From the IMG/VR virus record IMGVR_UViG_3300005535_000017, positions 82,331 through 146,330 of that record: 64,000 nucleotides of DNA. The stretch is one strand, 5' to 3'. Below are positions 35,527 to 44,658 of the stretch, one piece after another. Each line of letters opens with the position of its first letter. The stretch's first letter is position 1. Below the pieces are notes generated by a model. It was given only the letters and a program-made list of their open reading frames with translations, was not told the origin of the DNA and did not search any database. This DNA is from a virus. Its lineage: Duplodnaviria; Heunggongvirae; Uroviricota; Caudoviricetes. The translations under genes were made by a program, and so were the position numbers.

Positions 35527-37080
35527 ATGAGCGTTCTGCCACTCCAGGACATGATCGCGGGCGCCATCAAGACGGCGAGCGCCAAGATCGCCTCCGAGGC
35601 CCACAAGGAGCCCGAGAAGGTCAAGAAGCTCCTGGCGTACGAGAAGAAGGAGCACGGGCACATCCCCTCCCCGCACGAGGAAGAAGTCGAGTGCGAGTCG
35701 AAGGAGAAGATGGCCTACGCTGCTCTCATCTCTGACGACCACGTCGAGAAGCTGGCGTCGGCAGTCGACTTCCTCGCGACCCACCTCGGCGACATTGCCG
35801 CTCCGGGCCCGATCGCTCAGGCGCTGGCCAAGACCGCTATGAAGCCGGGTGCAGGCGGTGGTACCGCCGGCGGCAAGTCGGTGCCGAATCCGGCTTCGGC
35901 TGCTGGAGCTCTCGAGACCACGCAAGCGATCGGCGGCTCGCAGAAGTACACCAAGAACAAGGCGAAGGGCGAGCAGGCCGAGGACGAGCACAACAAGGGG
36001 CTCGAGCGGAACGAAGGCAATCCGCACGGCGCCAAGACGCACCTCGAGACCAACTACCATGAGGCGCCAGGCAACAACCACGGTTCGGTTCCGCACCACG
36101 AGTACCCCGCCAAGGGTCCTCTGGTGGCCGGTCCGTCGGGCGCTCACAACAAGGGCACCAACGCCGCGTCCCTGAAGACCGCCAGCTTCGCTGGCAAGGC
36201 GACGGAGTTCGTCGCTCACCATGCGGCACAGCATCCTCGTGCGACCGCGGCGGCTGGTGGAGCTCTGCTCGGCGCCATCCCTGGTGCAGTCGGCGGCGCC
36301 GCGGCCGGTGGCGAAGGTCACCGCGCCTCGGGCGCTCTGAAGGGTGGCCTCGCCGGCGCCGCCATGGGCGGTGCAATGGGCGGTGGTGCCATGCACAAGC
36401 ACCTGGGCAACATGGCGAAGGCCGCTTCAGCGCAGGAAATCGCGCGTCAGCACATCCTCATGAAGCTCGCCGGCGAGGACGTGATGAAGGCAAACATCGA
36501 TGGCGGCGGCACGACATCGCCTCTGGCTGGCAAGGGCCAGCTCAAGACGATGAAGGCCGGCGAGGAGTCGCCCACGCAGGGCGGCACGGCGGCCAACAGC
36601 CAGGACGGGAACTCGGGCACCAAGCTCGTGGACTCGAACAAGGCGGCCATCGACTACACGAAGCGTGATGCCAAGAAGCTGGTGGTCAATCCTCTCAAGG
36701 AGGTCCTCGACCAGCCGGCATTCTCGGAGAAGCACGACAACAAGCTCCAAGAGAACCTGCGGAATACTGGCAAGGCCGGTGTGAAGATCGCGGGTGCCGC
36801 AGTGCAGTCTCAGCTCCAGAAGATCGCGAGCGGTGGCTGCACCTGCAACTCGAAGGGCGAATGCCAGTTCTGCACCATGAAGGCGAAGTTGGCCAACATG
36901 GGCGGGATGGGCGGCACGGGTGGCGGCATGAACCCGATGGCTGGAGCAGGGGAAGGCCACGACGGCTGCACCTGCGGCCACACGGGTGAATGCCGAGTGT
37001 GCAAGCTCGGCGCAGCTATTAGCGACGCCAAGGGCAAGCACCCGGGTGAGGTCAAGGAAGGCAACGCAGGCTGCTACTGA
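35527..37080 (+). CDS. Gly/Ala-rich glycine-zipper protein with duplicated C-terminal Cys4 knuckle motifs
   Basis: 517 aa. GGALLGAIPGAVGGAAAGG...GGLAGAAMGGAMGGGAM. C-terminus has two copies of GCTC-x4-GEC-x-(F/V)C: GGCTCNSKGECQFC and DGCTCGHTGECRVC. Confidence 0.5.
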   Translation: MSVLPLQDMIAGAIKTASAKIASEAHKEPEKVKKLLAYEKKEHGHIPSPHEEEVECESKEKMAYAALISDDHVEKLASAVDFLATHLGDIAAPGPIAQALAKTAMKPGAGGGTAGGKSVPNPASAAGALETTQAIGGSQKYTKNKAKGEQAEDEHNKGLERNEGNPHGAKTHLETNYHEAPGNNHGSVPHHEYPAKGPLVAGPSGAHNKGTNAASLKTASFAGKATEFVAHHAAQHPRATAAAGGALLGAIPGAVGGAAAGGEGHRASGALKGGLAGAAMGGAMGGGAMHKHLGNMAKAASAQEIARQHILMKLAGEDVMKANIDGGGTTSPLAGKGQLKTMKAGEESPTQGGTAANSQDGNSGTKLVDSNKAAIDYTKRDAKKLVVNPLKEVLDQPAFSEKHDNKLQENLRNTGKAGVKIAGAAVQSQLQKIASGGCTCNSKGECQFCTMKAKLANMGGMGGTGGGMNPMAGAGEGHDGCTCGHTGECRVCKLGAAISDAKGKHPGEVKEGNAGCY

Positions 37081-37102
37081 GACGACGGATCAGGAGACGA
37101 CC

Positions 37103-37477
37103 ATGAGCATGCAGAAGATTTCCAGCGAGCAGGCGGCCCAGATCCTGGGGCAGGTCGGTCCGACCCTCCGCGCTCAGCAGCAGAAGATCCAGTCCCAAGA
37201 GGCGACGATCGGAGAGCAGCAGGAGAAGCTGGCTTTCTATCAGCGCCGCGAAAGGGCGGAGAAGATCGCCATGCGTCTGGAGGCCAAGGGGCTCGACCCC
37301 GAGACCAACTTCCAGCAGAAGGTGGATGGTCTGATGGACCCCGCCCAAGACCTCGACGTCATCGAGAAGGCCGTCGACATGTCCGCACCGCAGATCAAGC
37401 TGGCTTCGCTCTCCGACAACCCGGGGAATCCCTCGGACGCGAAGAGCGCCCTCGAGGCAGCGATCCTCGGCGACTAA
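37103..37477 (+). CDS. hypothetical coiled-coil protein (scaffolding-like?)
   Basis: 124 aa from the ATG at 37103 (AGGAGA RBS). Gln/Glu-rich predicted helix. Sits just upstream of the capsid region. The track ORF 36986-37477 starts inside the previous gene. Confidence 0.4.
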   Translation: MSMQKISSEQAAQILGQVGPTLRAQQQKIQSQEATIGEQQEKLAFYQRRERAEKIAMRLEAKGLDPETNFQQKVDGLMDPAQDLDVIEKAVDMSAPQIKLASLSDNPGNPSDAKSALEAAILGD

Positions 37478-37504
37478 CCCGATCGACACGCAAGGAGAAC
37501 GAAG

Positions 37505-37981
37505 ATGAGCCTGGCTCCAAACCTGACCCTGATCTCCGAGGTTCTTCCGGTCCAGCGCCGCGACTTCACGCTGACGGACCCGACGATCCTCAACCCGAAC
37601 GCCACCAATCCGCTCGTCGATGGCGAGTGGCTCGAGATGGATACCACGACGTACACCGTCAAGCGCGGCACCGGTGAGGCGGCTTCGGCCTCCTGGCAGG
37701 TGTTCTCGCTCCGCGGCCAGTACGACACGCAGGCCATCAGCAAGTCGACCTTGCTGTGGGCCGGTGCCTACGAAGCGGACACGACGATCGTCAACACGGC
37801 GGGTCTCGCGGTGGGCAACTTCCTGGTGGTCGCCGACTGCACCATCGGCGGTCTGACGAAGCGCGGCGTCATCAAGGCCGCCGGCACCGGTCAGCACATG
37901 GTGGTCGGCATCGTCACGCGCCTGACGGCGACCGGAAAGATCCGGTTCCTCCACCAGGGCTTCTTCCAGATCACCATCTGA
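37505..37981 (+). CDS. hypothetical protein (158 aa), possibly head decoration/accessory
   Basis: AAGGAGA RBS. Immediately upstream of the putative capsid gene. No motif. Confidence 0.4.
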   Translation: MSLAPNLTLISEVLPVQRRDFTLTDPTILNPNATNPLVDGEWLEMDTTTYTVKRGTGEAASASWQVFSLRGQYDTQAISKSTLLWAGAYEADTTIVNTAGLAVGNFLVVADCTIGGLTKRGVIKAAGTGQHMVVGIVTRLTATGKIRFLHQGFFQITI

Positions 37982-38026
37982 ACTGGGACGCGAAAGCGAA
38001 CCCGTAGAACGGAAGGGAGAGATAGC

Positions 38027-39145
38027 ATGAGCGTTCCAGCGCAGGTTCTGAATGAGATGTTCAGCGGTAAGCTGAACTCGTCGGAGGGCAAGGAGAAGAT
38101 CGCCGAAGTCGGGTCGGTCTACATCCGTGACCGTCTCCGTGAAGTGTGCTTCGTGGACAAGATCCAGCCGCCGGAGCCGGTGACTCGCACCGACTGCCAG
38201 CGCTCGGTCAACCACGACACCCTGGTGAAGATCGTCGACATCGAGCCGCAGTCTCGCGCGCTGTCGATCACCTTCCGCGGCCAGCCGACCGCGCGCTTCA
38301 TCCGCGCGCCTCGTGCCGAGGTCCCCTTCTTCACGATCTCCTCGGAGAAGTTCGAGAAGACCGAGCAGGAGCTCCTCGCCTACGAGATGCCGATCACCAA
38401 GATCATCGAGGACAACTCGGTGAAGGACCTCCAGGAGGTCAAGGATCGGACGTGGCTGCTGTTCGTCGAGGCCGGCATCCAGGCGATGCAGACCGACGGC
38501 AACGGCGGCGTGCAGCCGATGAACGTCACCAGTGTGGTGGCGGGCACGACGAAGCAGATCCGCGTCGTGAAGGGCCAGGGCGCCATCGCGGCGGGTGCGA
38601 ACGACTTCATCATCCACCCGATCCTCCGCCCGGACCTGGTGAACCTGTTCAAGCTGATCGACGGCAACCGCCTGCGTGCGGAGCGGCTCCTGATGACGGA
38701 GCCCGACTACGACGACATCCTGTCGTGGACGCTGCAGGACTTCGGCGACAAGATGCAGTCGGAGACCGCGGTCGACGGCTACAAGTACAACACCCTGCTG
38801 GGTCGCAAGCTGATCCGCACGGTGAAGACCGACATCCTCCGCGTCGGTAACGTGTACTGCTTCACGGCGCCGGAGTTCCTCGGCAAGAACTACGTGCTCA
38901 ACAACACGAAGTTCTACATCGACAAGATCGCGAACATGATCACCTGGCAGTCCTGGATGGACGTCGCCGTGGCGGTCATCAACATCGCGTCGATGGCCAA
39001 GCTCGAGCTGTACGGCGGGTCGGTGACCCCGACCTCCACCGACACGGGCTTCGCGGCCCTGCTGCCGGTCGACGAGGACCAGCTCGGTGCGGTCAACAAC
39101 AAGGTGGACTCCGGTCTGAAGTTCCCGAACGTCTCGCAGTTCTAA
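38027..39145 (+). CDS. putative major capsid protein
   Basis: 372 aa. Strong RBS GGAAGGGAGAG. Followed by the strongest terminator in the window. Preceded by protease and scaffold-like genes. Size fits HK97-fold major capsid proteins. No sequence motif verified. Confidence 0.5.
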   Translation: MSVPAQVLNEMFSGKLNSSEGKEKIAEVGSVYIRDRLREVCFVDKIQPPEPVTRTDCQRSVNHDTLVKIVDIEPQSRALSITFRGQPTARFIRAPRAEVPFFTISSEKFEKTEQELLAYEMPITKIIEDNSVKDLQEVKDRTWLLFVEAGIQAMQTDGNGGVQPMNVTSVVAGTTKQIRVVKGQGAIAAGANDFIIHPILRPDLVNLFKLIDGNRLRAERLLMTEPDYDDILSWTLQDFGDKMQSETAVDGYKYNTLLGRKLIRTVKTDILRVGNVYCFTAPEFLGKNYVLNNTKFYIDKIANMITWQSWMDVAVAVINIASMAKLELYGGSVTPTSTDTGFAALLPVDEDQLGAVNNKVDSGLKFPNVSQF

Positions 39146-39180
39146 TCGAGACGGCGCGGGGCGCCGCGCAATCGTAGTTC

Positions 39181-39228
39181 AGCGCCCAGAGGAGGGAGGA
39201 TCCCTTCAGCCTCTGGGCGCTTTTTTCT
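39181..39228 (+). terminator. rho-independent terminator after capsid gene
   Basis: Perfect 12-bp stem agcgcccagagg / cctctgggcgct followed by TTTTTT. Preceded by a second GC-rich near-palindrome at 39150-39178. Confidence 0.8.
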
Positions 39229-39260
39229 GCCACCTCCAATCGGAGGTAGGAAGCGAGAGG

Positions 39261-40037
39261 TTGGAGATGTCGTACAAGCTGAAGAACACGGCACTCGACC
39301 ACGACAAGCGCTTCCTTCACCGCAAGGCTTCCAAGATGCAAATGGAGCCAGTCATTGGCGGCCGTCGTCTGCGCATTCGCCAGTCGATGGTCATCAGTGA
39401 CGAGCTCTTCGAGCACAACAGGGCCAACCTCGAGCTGTGGAACAAGTGGGGTGTGGTCTCTTGGGAGAAGGTCGGTGGGGAAGGCGGTCGGAGGGTCCCG
39501 ACGAAGGAAGAAGTCATGGCGGCTGGCTACTCGGAAGAGGCCGCCGAGTCGATCATCGAGCGGGAGAAGCGGCTTGCCGCCGAAGAGGCTGCTGCTCCCA
39601 AGGAGACTCTGTCCGAAGGCGGGCTCCTCTCGCCGCAGCCGGGCGAGTTCGATGTCTGGGTGGGCGAAGTGGGCACCAACCAGATCGGCGTGGTGAAGGC
39701 TCTTCGTGAGAGCACTCAGCTCTCAATCAAGGAGGCAAGCGACCTTCTCGGCATGGCTCCTGTGATCGTGCTGGGAGGTGTCGACGAAGCTGCGGCCACC
39801 AAGCTCGCCCAGTCCTTGGTCGATGCCGGAGCCAAGGCCAGCGTGCAGAAGAGCGGGACAGCGCCGCAGCCCTCGCTGATCCCCGAGACGCTCGTGCCCG
39901 AGAACTACACTCCGACGCCGGAATCGAAGCCGTCCGAGGATGCCTCGAGCCTCTTCTCAGAGCCGTCGCAAGCGGAGACGACTCGCGTCGAGACCAAGCC
40001 GCAGGCGCAGCCCAAGAACCCGAAGAGCAAGAAGTAA
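39261..40037 (+). CDS. protein containing a ribosomal bL12 (L7/L12) C-terminal domain fused to novel N- and C-terminal regions
   Basis: 258 aa. Residues about 128-200 GEFDVWVGEVGTNQIGVVKALRESTQLSIKEASDLLGMAPVIVLGGVDEAAATKLAQSLVDAGAKASVQK align with E. coli L7/L12 CTD [69 protein letters not shown]. No L10-binding NTD. Pro/Ser/Glu-rich tail. Confidence 0.8.
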   Translation: MEMSYKLKNTALDHDKRFLHRKASKMQMEPVIGGRRLRIRQSMVISDELFEHNRANLELWNKWGVVSWEKVGGEGGRRVPTKEEVMAAGYSEEAAESIIEREKRLAAEEAAAPKETLSEGGLLSPQPGEFDVWVGEVGTNQIGVVKALRESTQLSIKEASDLLGMAPVIVLGGVDEAAATKLAQSLVDAGAKASVQKSGTAPQPSLIPETLVPENYTPTPESKPSEDASSLFSEPSQAETTRVETKPQAQPKNPKSKK

Positions 40038-40049
40038 GGGAGGCTGAAC

Positions 40050-40472
40050 ATGGGCATGGTCGTCAGCATCACGAACATCACCGACGCGCCGGAGTCCAAG
40101 CAGACTCCGACCCGTCTTGCCATCTACACCGCTCTCCTCGACCCCGGCGAGACCCTCACTCTCCCGGCATCGATGGTGGATGCGCGTCTTCGCAAGCTCG
40201 AGAAGGATGGGCTCGTCGTCATCGGCCAGCTCCCTTCGTGGTACGAGGCCTCGAAGATGCGGAAGGTTGGCCGCTCTCGGCTCACGCAGGAAGAGCTCGA
40301 GCAGAGGCTCACCACCAAGCCGAAGGCGAAGGAAGAGCCCAAGGCCGAGGCAGCGCCCACCGAGGCTCCCAAGGAGGAGTCCGCCCCCGTCGACGTGTTC
40401 TCGATGGAGGTCACCAAGAAGAAGACCTACAAGCTCGACGAGCTGGACGTTCCGAAGACCGACAAGAAGTGA
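40050..40472 (+). CDS. hypothetical protein (140 aa), Lys/Glu/Pro-rich C-terminus
   Basis: AAGGGAGG RBS before the ATG. Confidence 0.5.
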   Translation: MGMVVSITNITDAPESKQTPTRLAIYTALLDPGETLTLPASMVDARLRKLEKDGLVVIGQLPSWYEASKMRKVGRSRLTQEELEQRLTTKPKAKEEPKAEAAPTEAPKEESAPVDVFSMEVTKKKTYKLDELDVPKTDKK

Positions 40473-40480
40473 GGTAGTCC

Positions 40481-40996
40481 ATGCCGTTCTTCGACGACGT
40501 GGACGGGGATATTGTTGGCAACAATGTCCCCAGTATCCCCGTTCCACTCCAACAACTCATCAACACGGTACGCCTGTACCTTCGGGACTACCCGGAGCTC
40601 AACAGGCTCATTCGTGGCCAAGAGCATTCGGACCGGATGATCATGTGGGCCGTCGCCGATGCAATCGACGATTGGAACTCTACGCCTCCGCTCATCCCTC
40701 GAGTTGATCTGCAAAACTTCCCTTCGAAGAGCCTTCTTCTTCGGGGCATCGTCATTTCTCTTCTCGAGTCGATCGGTCTCCTGATGACGAGAAACCACCT
40801 CACCTTCTCGGATGGTGGTATTCAGGTGGGGGTGAGCGACAAAACGCCGCTCATCCAATCCTGGCTGCAGCTCATCGGGAACCGGTACGAGGAGAAGAAG
40901 CAGAAGCTCAAGATCGCGATCAACATCGAGCTCGGTTGGGGTCAGGGCATGCACTCGGAATATCTCTGGACCAACGGCTTCTACGGGGGCTGGTAG
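40481..40996 (+). CDS. hypothetical protein (171 aa)
   Basis: ORF in the structural block. No motif. Confidence 0.5.
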   Translation: MPFFDDVDGDIVGNNVPSIPVPLQQLINTVRLYLRDYPELNRLIRGQEHSDRMIMWAVADAIDDWNSTPPLIPRVDLQNFPSKSLLLRGIVISLLESIGLLMTRNHLTFSDGGIQVGVSDKTPLIQSWLQLIGNRYEEKKQKLKIAINIELGWGQGMHSEYLWTNGFYGGW

Positions 40997-41038
40997 ACTC
41001 GGGTTCCCACTTAGTGGGACCGAGAGGAGAATCACAGC

Positions 41039-41176
41039 ATGGCCTTCATCACCGGCGCAAAGTGCCAGATCTTCATCGATCCGAACGCACTGACCAAGTT
41101 CCTGACCACCAATGTCACGACGGTCATTGCGATCGTTGCGACCAACAGTGGTCAGCTCATTCTCTTCTACACCTGA
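41039..41176 (+). CDS. possible small hydrophobic protein (45 aa)
   Basis: ATG at 41039 preceded by GAGAGGAGAA. MAFITGAKCQIFIDPNALTKFLTTNVTTVIAIVATNSGQLILFYT. Not in track (<60 aa). Confidence 0.3.
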   Translation: MAFITGAKCQIFIDPNALTKFLTTNVTTVIAIVATNSGQLILFYT

Positions 41177-41186
41177 GAGGTGACTC

Positions 41187-41720
41187 GTGGCTTCAGATGA
41201 CGACTTCCTCGATGGGATGAAGAACAAGGAGGACGAGGCGAAGGAGTGGGCCGATGCGGCTCGCTTCTTCATCGACGTTCGCCAGCCGAAGGAACATCAG
41301 CAGGAGCAGACGAAGGAAGCCATGGACCTTCGAGCTCTGGGCCACAGCGCGCTGGAAGCAGCTCGCCGGTTCGAGCCCACAGGAACCATCCGAGCCGTCA
41401 CCGAGTCGAAGCCTGCTGCGATCGCAGGTCTCGCCGGCGCCGCGGCATTCGGGCTGGGAATGGGGCTGAGCTCTCGCGGCAAGAAGGAGCTGGGCGGGCA
41501 GAGCAAGCTCGAGCACTCTCTTCAGACCGCGAAACACGAAAGAGAAAGTCGGCCAGAGCCGAAGGGCTTCGCCGGGAAGATCACCAACAATATCGCCGAC
41601 TTCAATGCCAACCTCGCATCGACCGCGAGGAAGCATCCGGTTAAGGCTGGCCTGCTGGCTGGTGTCGGCGGTATCCATGCTGGCACCAAGCTGCTGCACA
41701 CCCTGACGGGGAAGGGCTGA
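41187..41720 (+). CDS. glycine-zipper protein (177 aa)
   Basis: GTG start after GAGAGG. AAIAGLAGAAAFGLGMGL and LLAGVGGIHAG. Confidence 0.5.
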   Translation: MASDDDFLDGMKNKEDEAKEWADAARFFIDVRQPKEHQQEQTKEAMDLRALGHSALEAARRFEPTGTIRAVTESKPAAIAGLAGAAAFGLGMGLSSRGKKELGGQSKLEHSLQTAKHERESRPEPKGFAGKITNNIADFNANLASTARKHPVKAGLLAGVGGIHAGTKLLHTLTGKG

Positions 41721-41721
41721 G

Positions 41722-42966
41722 ATGAACATCGTCACCGCTGCAGCACTGCTCGAGAAGAGCAAGCTCGAGGAGTTCGAGGACGCGATCGTCAAGACCGCGC
41801 AGGCCGAGATCCAGAACCACGCTGGCGAGCTCACCGAGTCGCTCAATAGCCTGTTGGATCAGAAGGACAGCACTCCTCGCCTCGATCGGCTGGTCCAGCA
41901 AACCAAGCTCGCAGCCCGGATGGGTCGCGACATGGCGAAGGAAGCAGGGATCGCCGGCACGATCATGGGCGCCGTGAAGCCTCTCGCCGGCAAGGCTCTG
42001 GGCTATGCGGCGATGCGTCCTCAGCGTGCAATGGCCGCCGGTGGTGCTGCACTCGGAGCTCTAGGTGGCGCAGCCACTGCTCAGCCTGGCCACCGGATGT
42101 CCGGGGCGCTTGGTGGAGCAGCTCTTGGTGGCGCTGCTGGCTACGGCCTCTCTCGCATCCCGAATGGACCGACGCTGCAGAAGGGCGTGGCCGACTACGC
42201 CGCCCGTGGCTACCAGGCTCTGGGCTCGCCGAAGCTCGCATTCGCTCCCATGGGTAAGGCAATGGGAGCCGGAGCTCTTCTTGGTGCAGTTGGAGGGGCG
42301 CTTCATAAGTCGCCCGGAGAGGCGCAGGGTCTCGCCGCAGGCCACCATCTTCGCAATGCTCTCGTTGGTGCAGCCGGTGGTGCGGCTCTCGGAGCAGGTG
42401 CTACGAAGATGCCGACGATGATGGGCAAGGCGGAGGGTGCGATCGCGCACGCTCCCCGCGGGCCGATGCAGTCCTTCCACAACCCGCACGCCATGCCGGC
42501 TGCCGCTCCCTACTCGGCAACCGAGATGCAGCAGATGAGCCGGGTCAAAGCGATGGCCAATTCGCCCGAGGCAGAAGCAGCGAGGAAGGCCCGCGCCATG
42601 GATGCCATGCGCCAGAATATGCAGGCCAACCCGACGATGTATGGCCGCTCAGTGGCGAAGCCGACAACCCCGCCGGGTGCGACGATGGCGGCGAGACGGC
42701 CCGCTGCTTCGGTCGATCCGACTGGTGCCACGCTGGCGAAGATGGCGCAGCGTGGGGGACGCGAGTTCCTCAAGCTGGCCTTTTCGATGAGTGCTCAGGC
42801 TGAGCCGGGCGATCCCACCGGAGCTCAAGAGCCGGAAGCGGAGGCGCAGTTCCAGGCGGAACCGCAGCGCCCGCCTTCGAAGCCTGCTGCCGACCTCTTT
42901 CAGGCTCTTCGTCACCTCACGCCCAAGATGATGAGGAACCTCCAGGTCGCCCAGCCAGGCTCGTAA
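41722..42966 (+). CDS. glycine-zipper protein (414 aa), Ala/Gly/Met-rich
   Basis: AAGGAALGALGGAATA, GALGGAALGGAAGYG, LLGAVGGAL, GAAGGAALGAGA. Confidence 0.5.
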   Translation: MNIVTAAALLEKSKLEEFEDAIVKTAQAEIQNHAGELTESLNSLLDQKDSTPRLDRLVQQTKLAARMGRDMAKEAGIAGTIMGAVKPLAGKALGYAAMRPQRAMAAGGAALGALGGAATAQPGHRMSGALGGAALGGAAGYGLSRIPNGPTLQKGVADYAARGYQALGSPKLAFAPMGKAMGAGALLGAVGGALHKSPGEAQGLAAGHHLRNALVGAAGGAALGAGATKMPTMMGKAEGAIAHAPRGPMQSFHNPHAMPAAAPYSATEMQQMSRVKAMANSPEAEAARKARAMDAMRQNMQANPTMYGRSVAKPTTPPGATMAARRPAASVDPTGATLAKMAQRGGREFLKLAFSMSAQAEPGDPTGAQEPEAEAQFQAEPQRPPSKPAADLFQALRHLTPKMMRNLQVAQPGS

Positions 42967-42975
42967 GGAGGATCC

Positions 42976-43884
42976 GTGAATCTCCAGATCCTCGAGTTCC
43001 GCGCGCAGTCATTCGATCTCGATCACGTCGACCTGTTCTGGAAGACAACAGACTTCTGGACGGGTCAGCCGACAGACGAGAACATCCTCGCGTACACCTT
43101 TCAGGTGCTGCGGTCGGAATCGCCTGCGGGTCCATGGGATCCCCTGACGAAGCCTTTTCAAGACCAGTACTACTTCCGAGATGTCTCTCCAGCCATCCTT
43201 CACAAATGGCGAGAGCTCTACTACCTCCTACGCGTCACTGATCAGCGCACTGGGGAAGTGAAGGACTTCGGCCCGACAGGGCAGATTGCCGAACCTGATC
43301 TCATTGCGCTCGAGATCATGCGGCAAGAGGATGTCCTGTTTCGCGAGTACGCCGGCAGGAAGTGCTGGTACTTCCCGATCAAGACGTTCGGTCCCAAGTG
43401 CATCTGCTACGACCGAGTGAAAGGCAAGAGGACCAAGAGCAACTGCGTCACGTGCTACGACACAGGCTACCTGGGCGGCTACCTCTCACCGATCGAGTGC
43501 TACGTGCAGATCGATCCCAGCTCGAACAACAACCAGGAGACTCCTCTCGGTAAGCAGCAAGCCAACAACACGACTGCCCGGCTCATCTCCTTCCCACCTA
43601 TGATGCCCGACTCCATACTGGTCGAGGCTGAGAACAGGCGATGGAAGATAGTGACAGTGGCAATGACAGCACGGCTTCGAGCAGTCGTGCATCAGGAGCT
43701 GACGATCCACGAAGTGCCTCGCGGCGACGTGGAATACAAGCTGCCCGTCAACTTCGCCGATCTGACGAATGTCCAGGCGTCGGCCGAGAGAAACTTTACC
43801 AACCCAACCCACGTGGACGATGACTCCCAGCGACTCGACTTCTTGGCTGTTTACGGGTACAACCCCCGAGGAACCGTCCGCTGA
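42976..43884 (+). CDS. hypothetical virion-module protein with Cys cluster (302 aa)
   Basis: GTG start after AAGGAGG. CWYF..C.C....C..C cluster (KCWYFPIKTFGPKCICYD...SNCVTCYD). Confidence 0.5.
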   Translation: MNLQILEFRAQSFDLDHVDLFWKTTDFWTGQPTDENILAYTFQVLRSESPAGPWDPLTKPFQDQYYFRDVSPAILHKWRELYYLLRVTDQRTGEVKDFGPTGQIAEPDLIALEIMRQEDVLFREYAGRKCWYFPIKTFGPKCICYDRVKGKRTKSNCVTCYDTGYLGGYLSPIECYVQIDPSSNNNQETPLGKQQANNTTARLISFPPMMPDSILVEAENRRWKIVTVAMTARLRAVVHQELTIHEVPRGDVEYKLPVNFADLTNVQASAERNFTNPTHVDDDSQRLDFLAVYGYNPRGTVR

Positions 43885-44347
43885 GAAGCACTGTCGCTAC
43901 TGCGATCGGACACTTCTTCGCTCGGCATTCAGAGAAATAAGGCCCAAGACGGGCCGAGGCGCAGGTAAGGTCTATCGCTCTTCCTGCTGCCTGGAGTGCG
44001 AACCGAAGCGAACAAAGGCCGAACGGGAAGAGAAGAAGCGCAAAGATCCTGCTGGTCTCTATCGCCGTGAACTTGATCGCAAGTTGCGTTACATGTACAA
44101 CATCTCGCTCGCCGATTACGAGCAGTTGTTCGCTGAGCAGCGAGGCCTTTGCATCGGATGTCTAGCCCCTCCAGAGGAAGGAGTCCGATTCGACGTCGAC
44201 CATGATCATGCGACGGGAGAAGTCAGAGGACTCCTCTGCAACCGTTGCAACAACGTCTTGAGCAAGGCCAAAGACAATCCAGAGATACTTCGCCGTCTGG
44301 CTTCCTACCTCGATGAGCATCAGGCTAAGCTACGAGTGGTCGCATGA
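43769..44347 (+). CDS. recombination endonuclease VII-like nuclease, second paralog, with N-terminal zinc ribbon
   Basis: LCIGCLAPPEEGVRFDVDHDHATGEVRGLLCNRCNN matches the Endo VII core. Upstream CRYC...CCLEC ribbon. The start is uncertain: the track ATG 43769 overlaps the previous gene by 116 nt; the alternative ATG is at 43820. Confidence 0.7.
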   Translation: MSRRRPRETLPTQPTWTMTPSDSTSWLFTGTTPEEPSAEKHCRYCDRTLLRSAFREIRPKTGRGAGKVYRSSCCLECEPKRTKAEREEKKRKDPAGLYRRELDRKLRYMYNISLADYEQLFAEQRGLCIGCLAPPEEGVRFDVDHDHATGEVRGLLCNRCNNVLSKAKDNPEILRRLASYLDEHQAKLRVVA

Positions 44348-44658
44348 ACAAGATCACTCAGCAGGCACTGTTCGATGAGCTGACCAAGATCGCTGAGGAC
44401 AAAGAGCGGTCTTGGAAGAAGGACGTCGCAAAGGGCGTTCTCGGCGTGGGCCTCGGAGCGGGTCTCGGAACCGGCGCAGCAATGCTTGTTGAGAAAGCTC
44501 TTCCTCAAGTCTTCAAACAGCGCCATCCAAACGTGGCTCCAGCGATGAAGATCGTTCTTCCCATATTGGGCGCCTCGACGTCTTATGTAGAGCAGAGACT
44601 GCGGCGCCATATGAGCGAGACGTATAAGAAGGCGCCTGGGTATCACGAAGAAGAATAA
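44344..44658 (+). CDS. small glycine-zipper membrane protein (104 aa)
   Basis: GVLGVGLGAGLGTGAAML and a second hydrophobic segment IVLPILGAS. Confidence 0.5.
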   Translation: MNKITQQALFDELTKIAEDKERSWKKDVAKGVLGVGLGAGLGTGAAMLVEKALPQVFKQRHPNVAPAMKIVLPILGASTSYVEQRLRRHMSETYKKAPGYHEEE

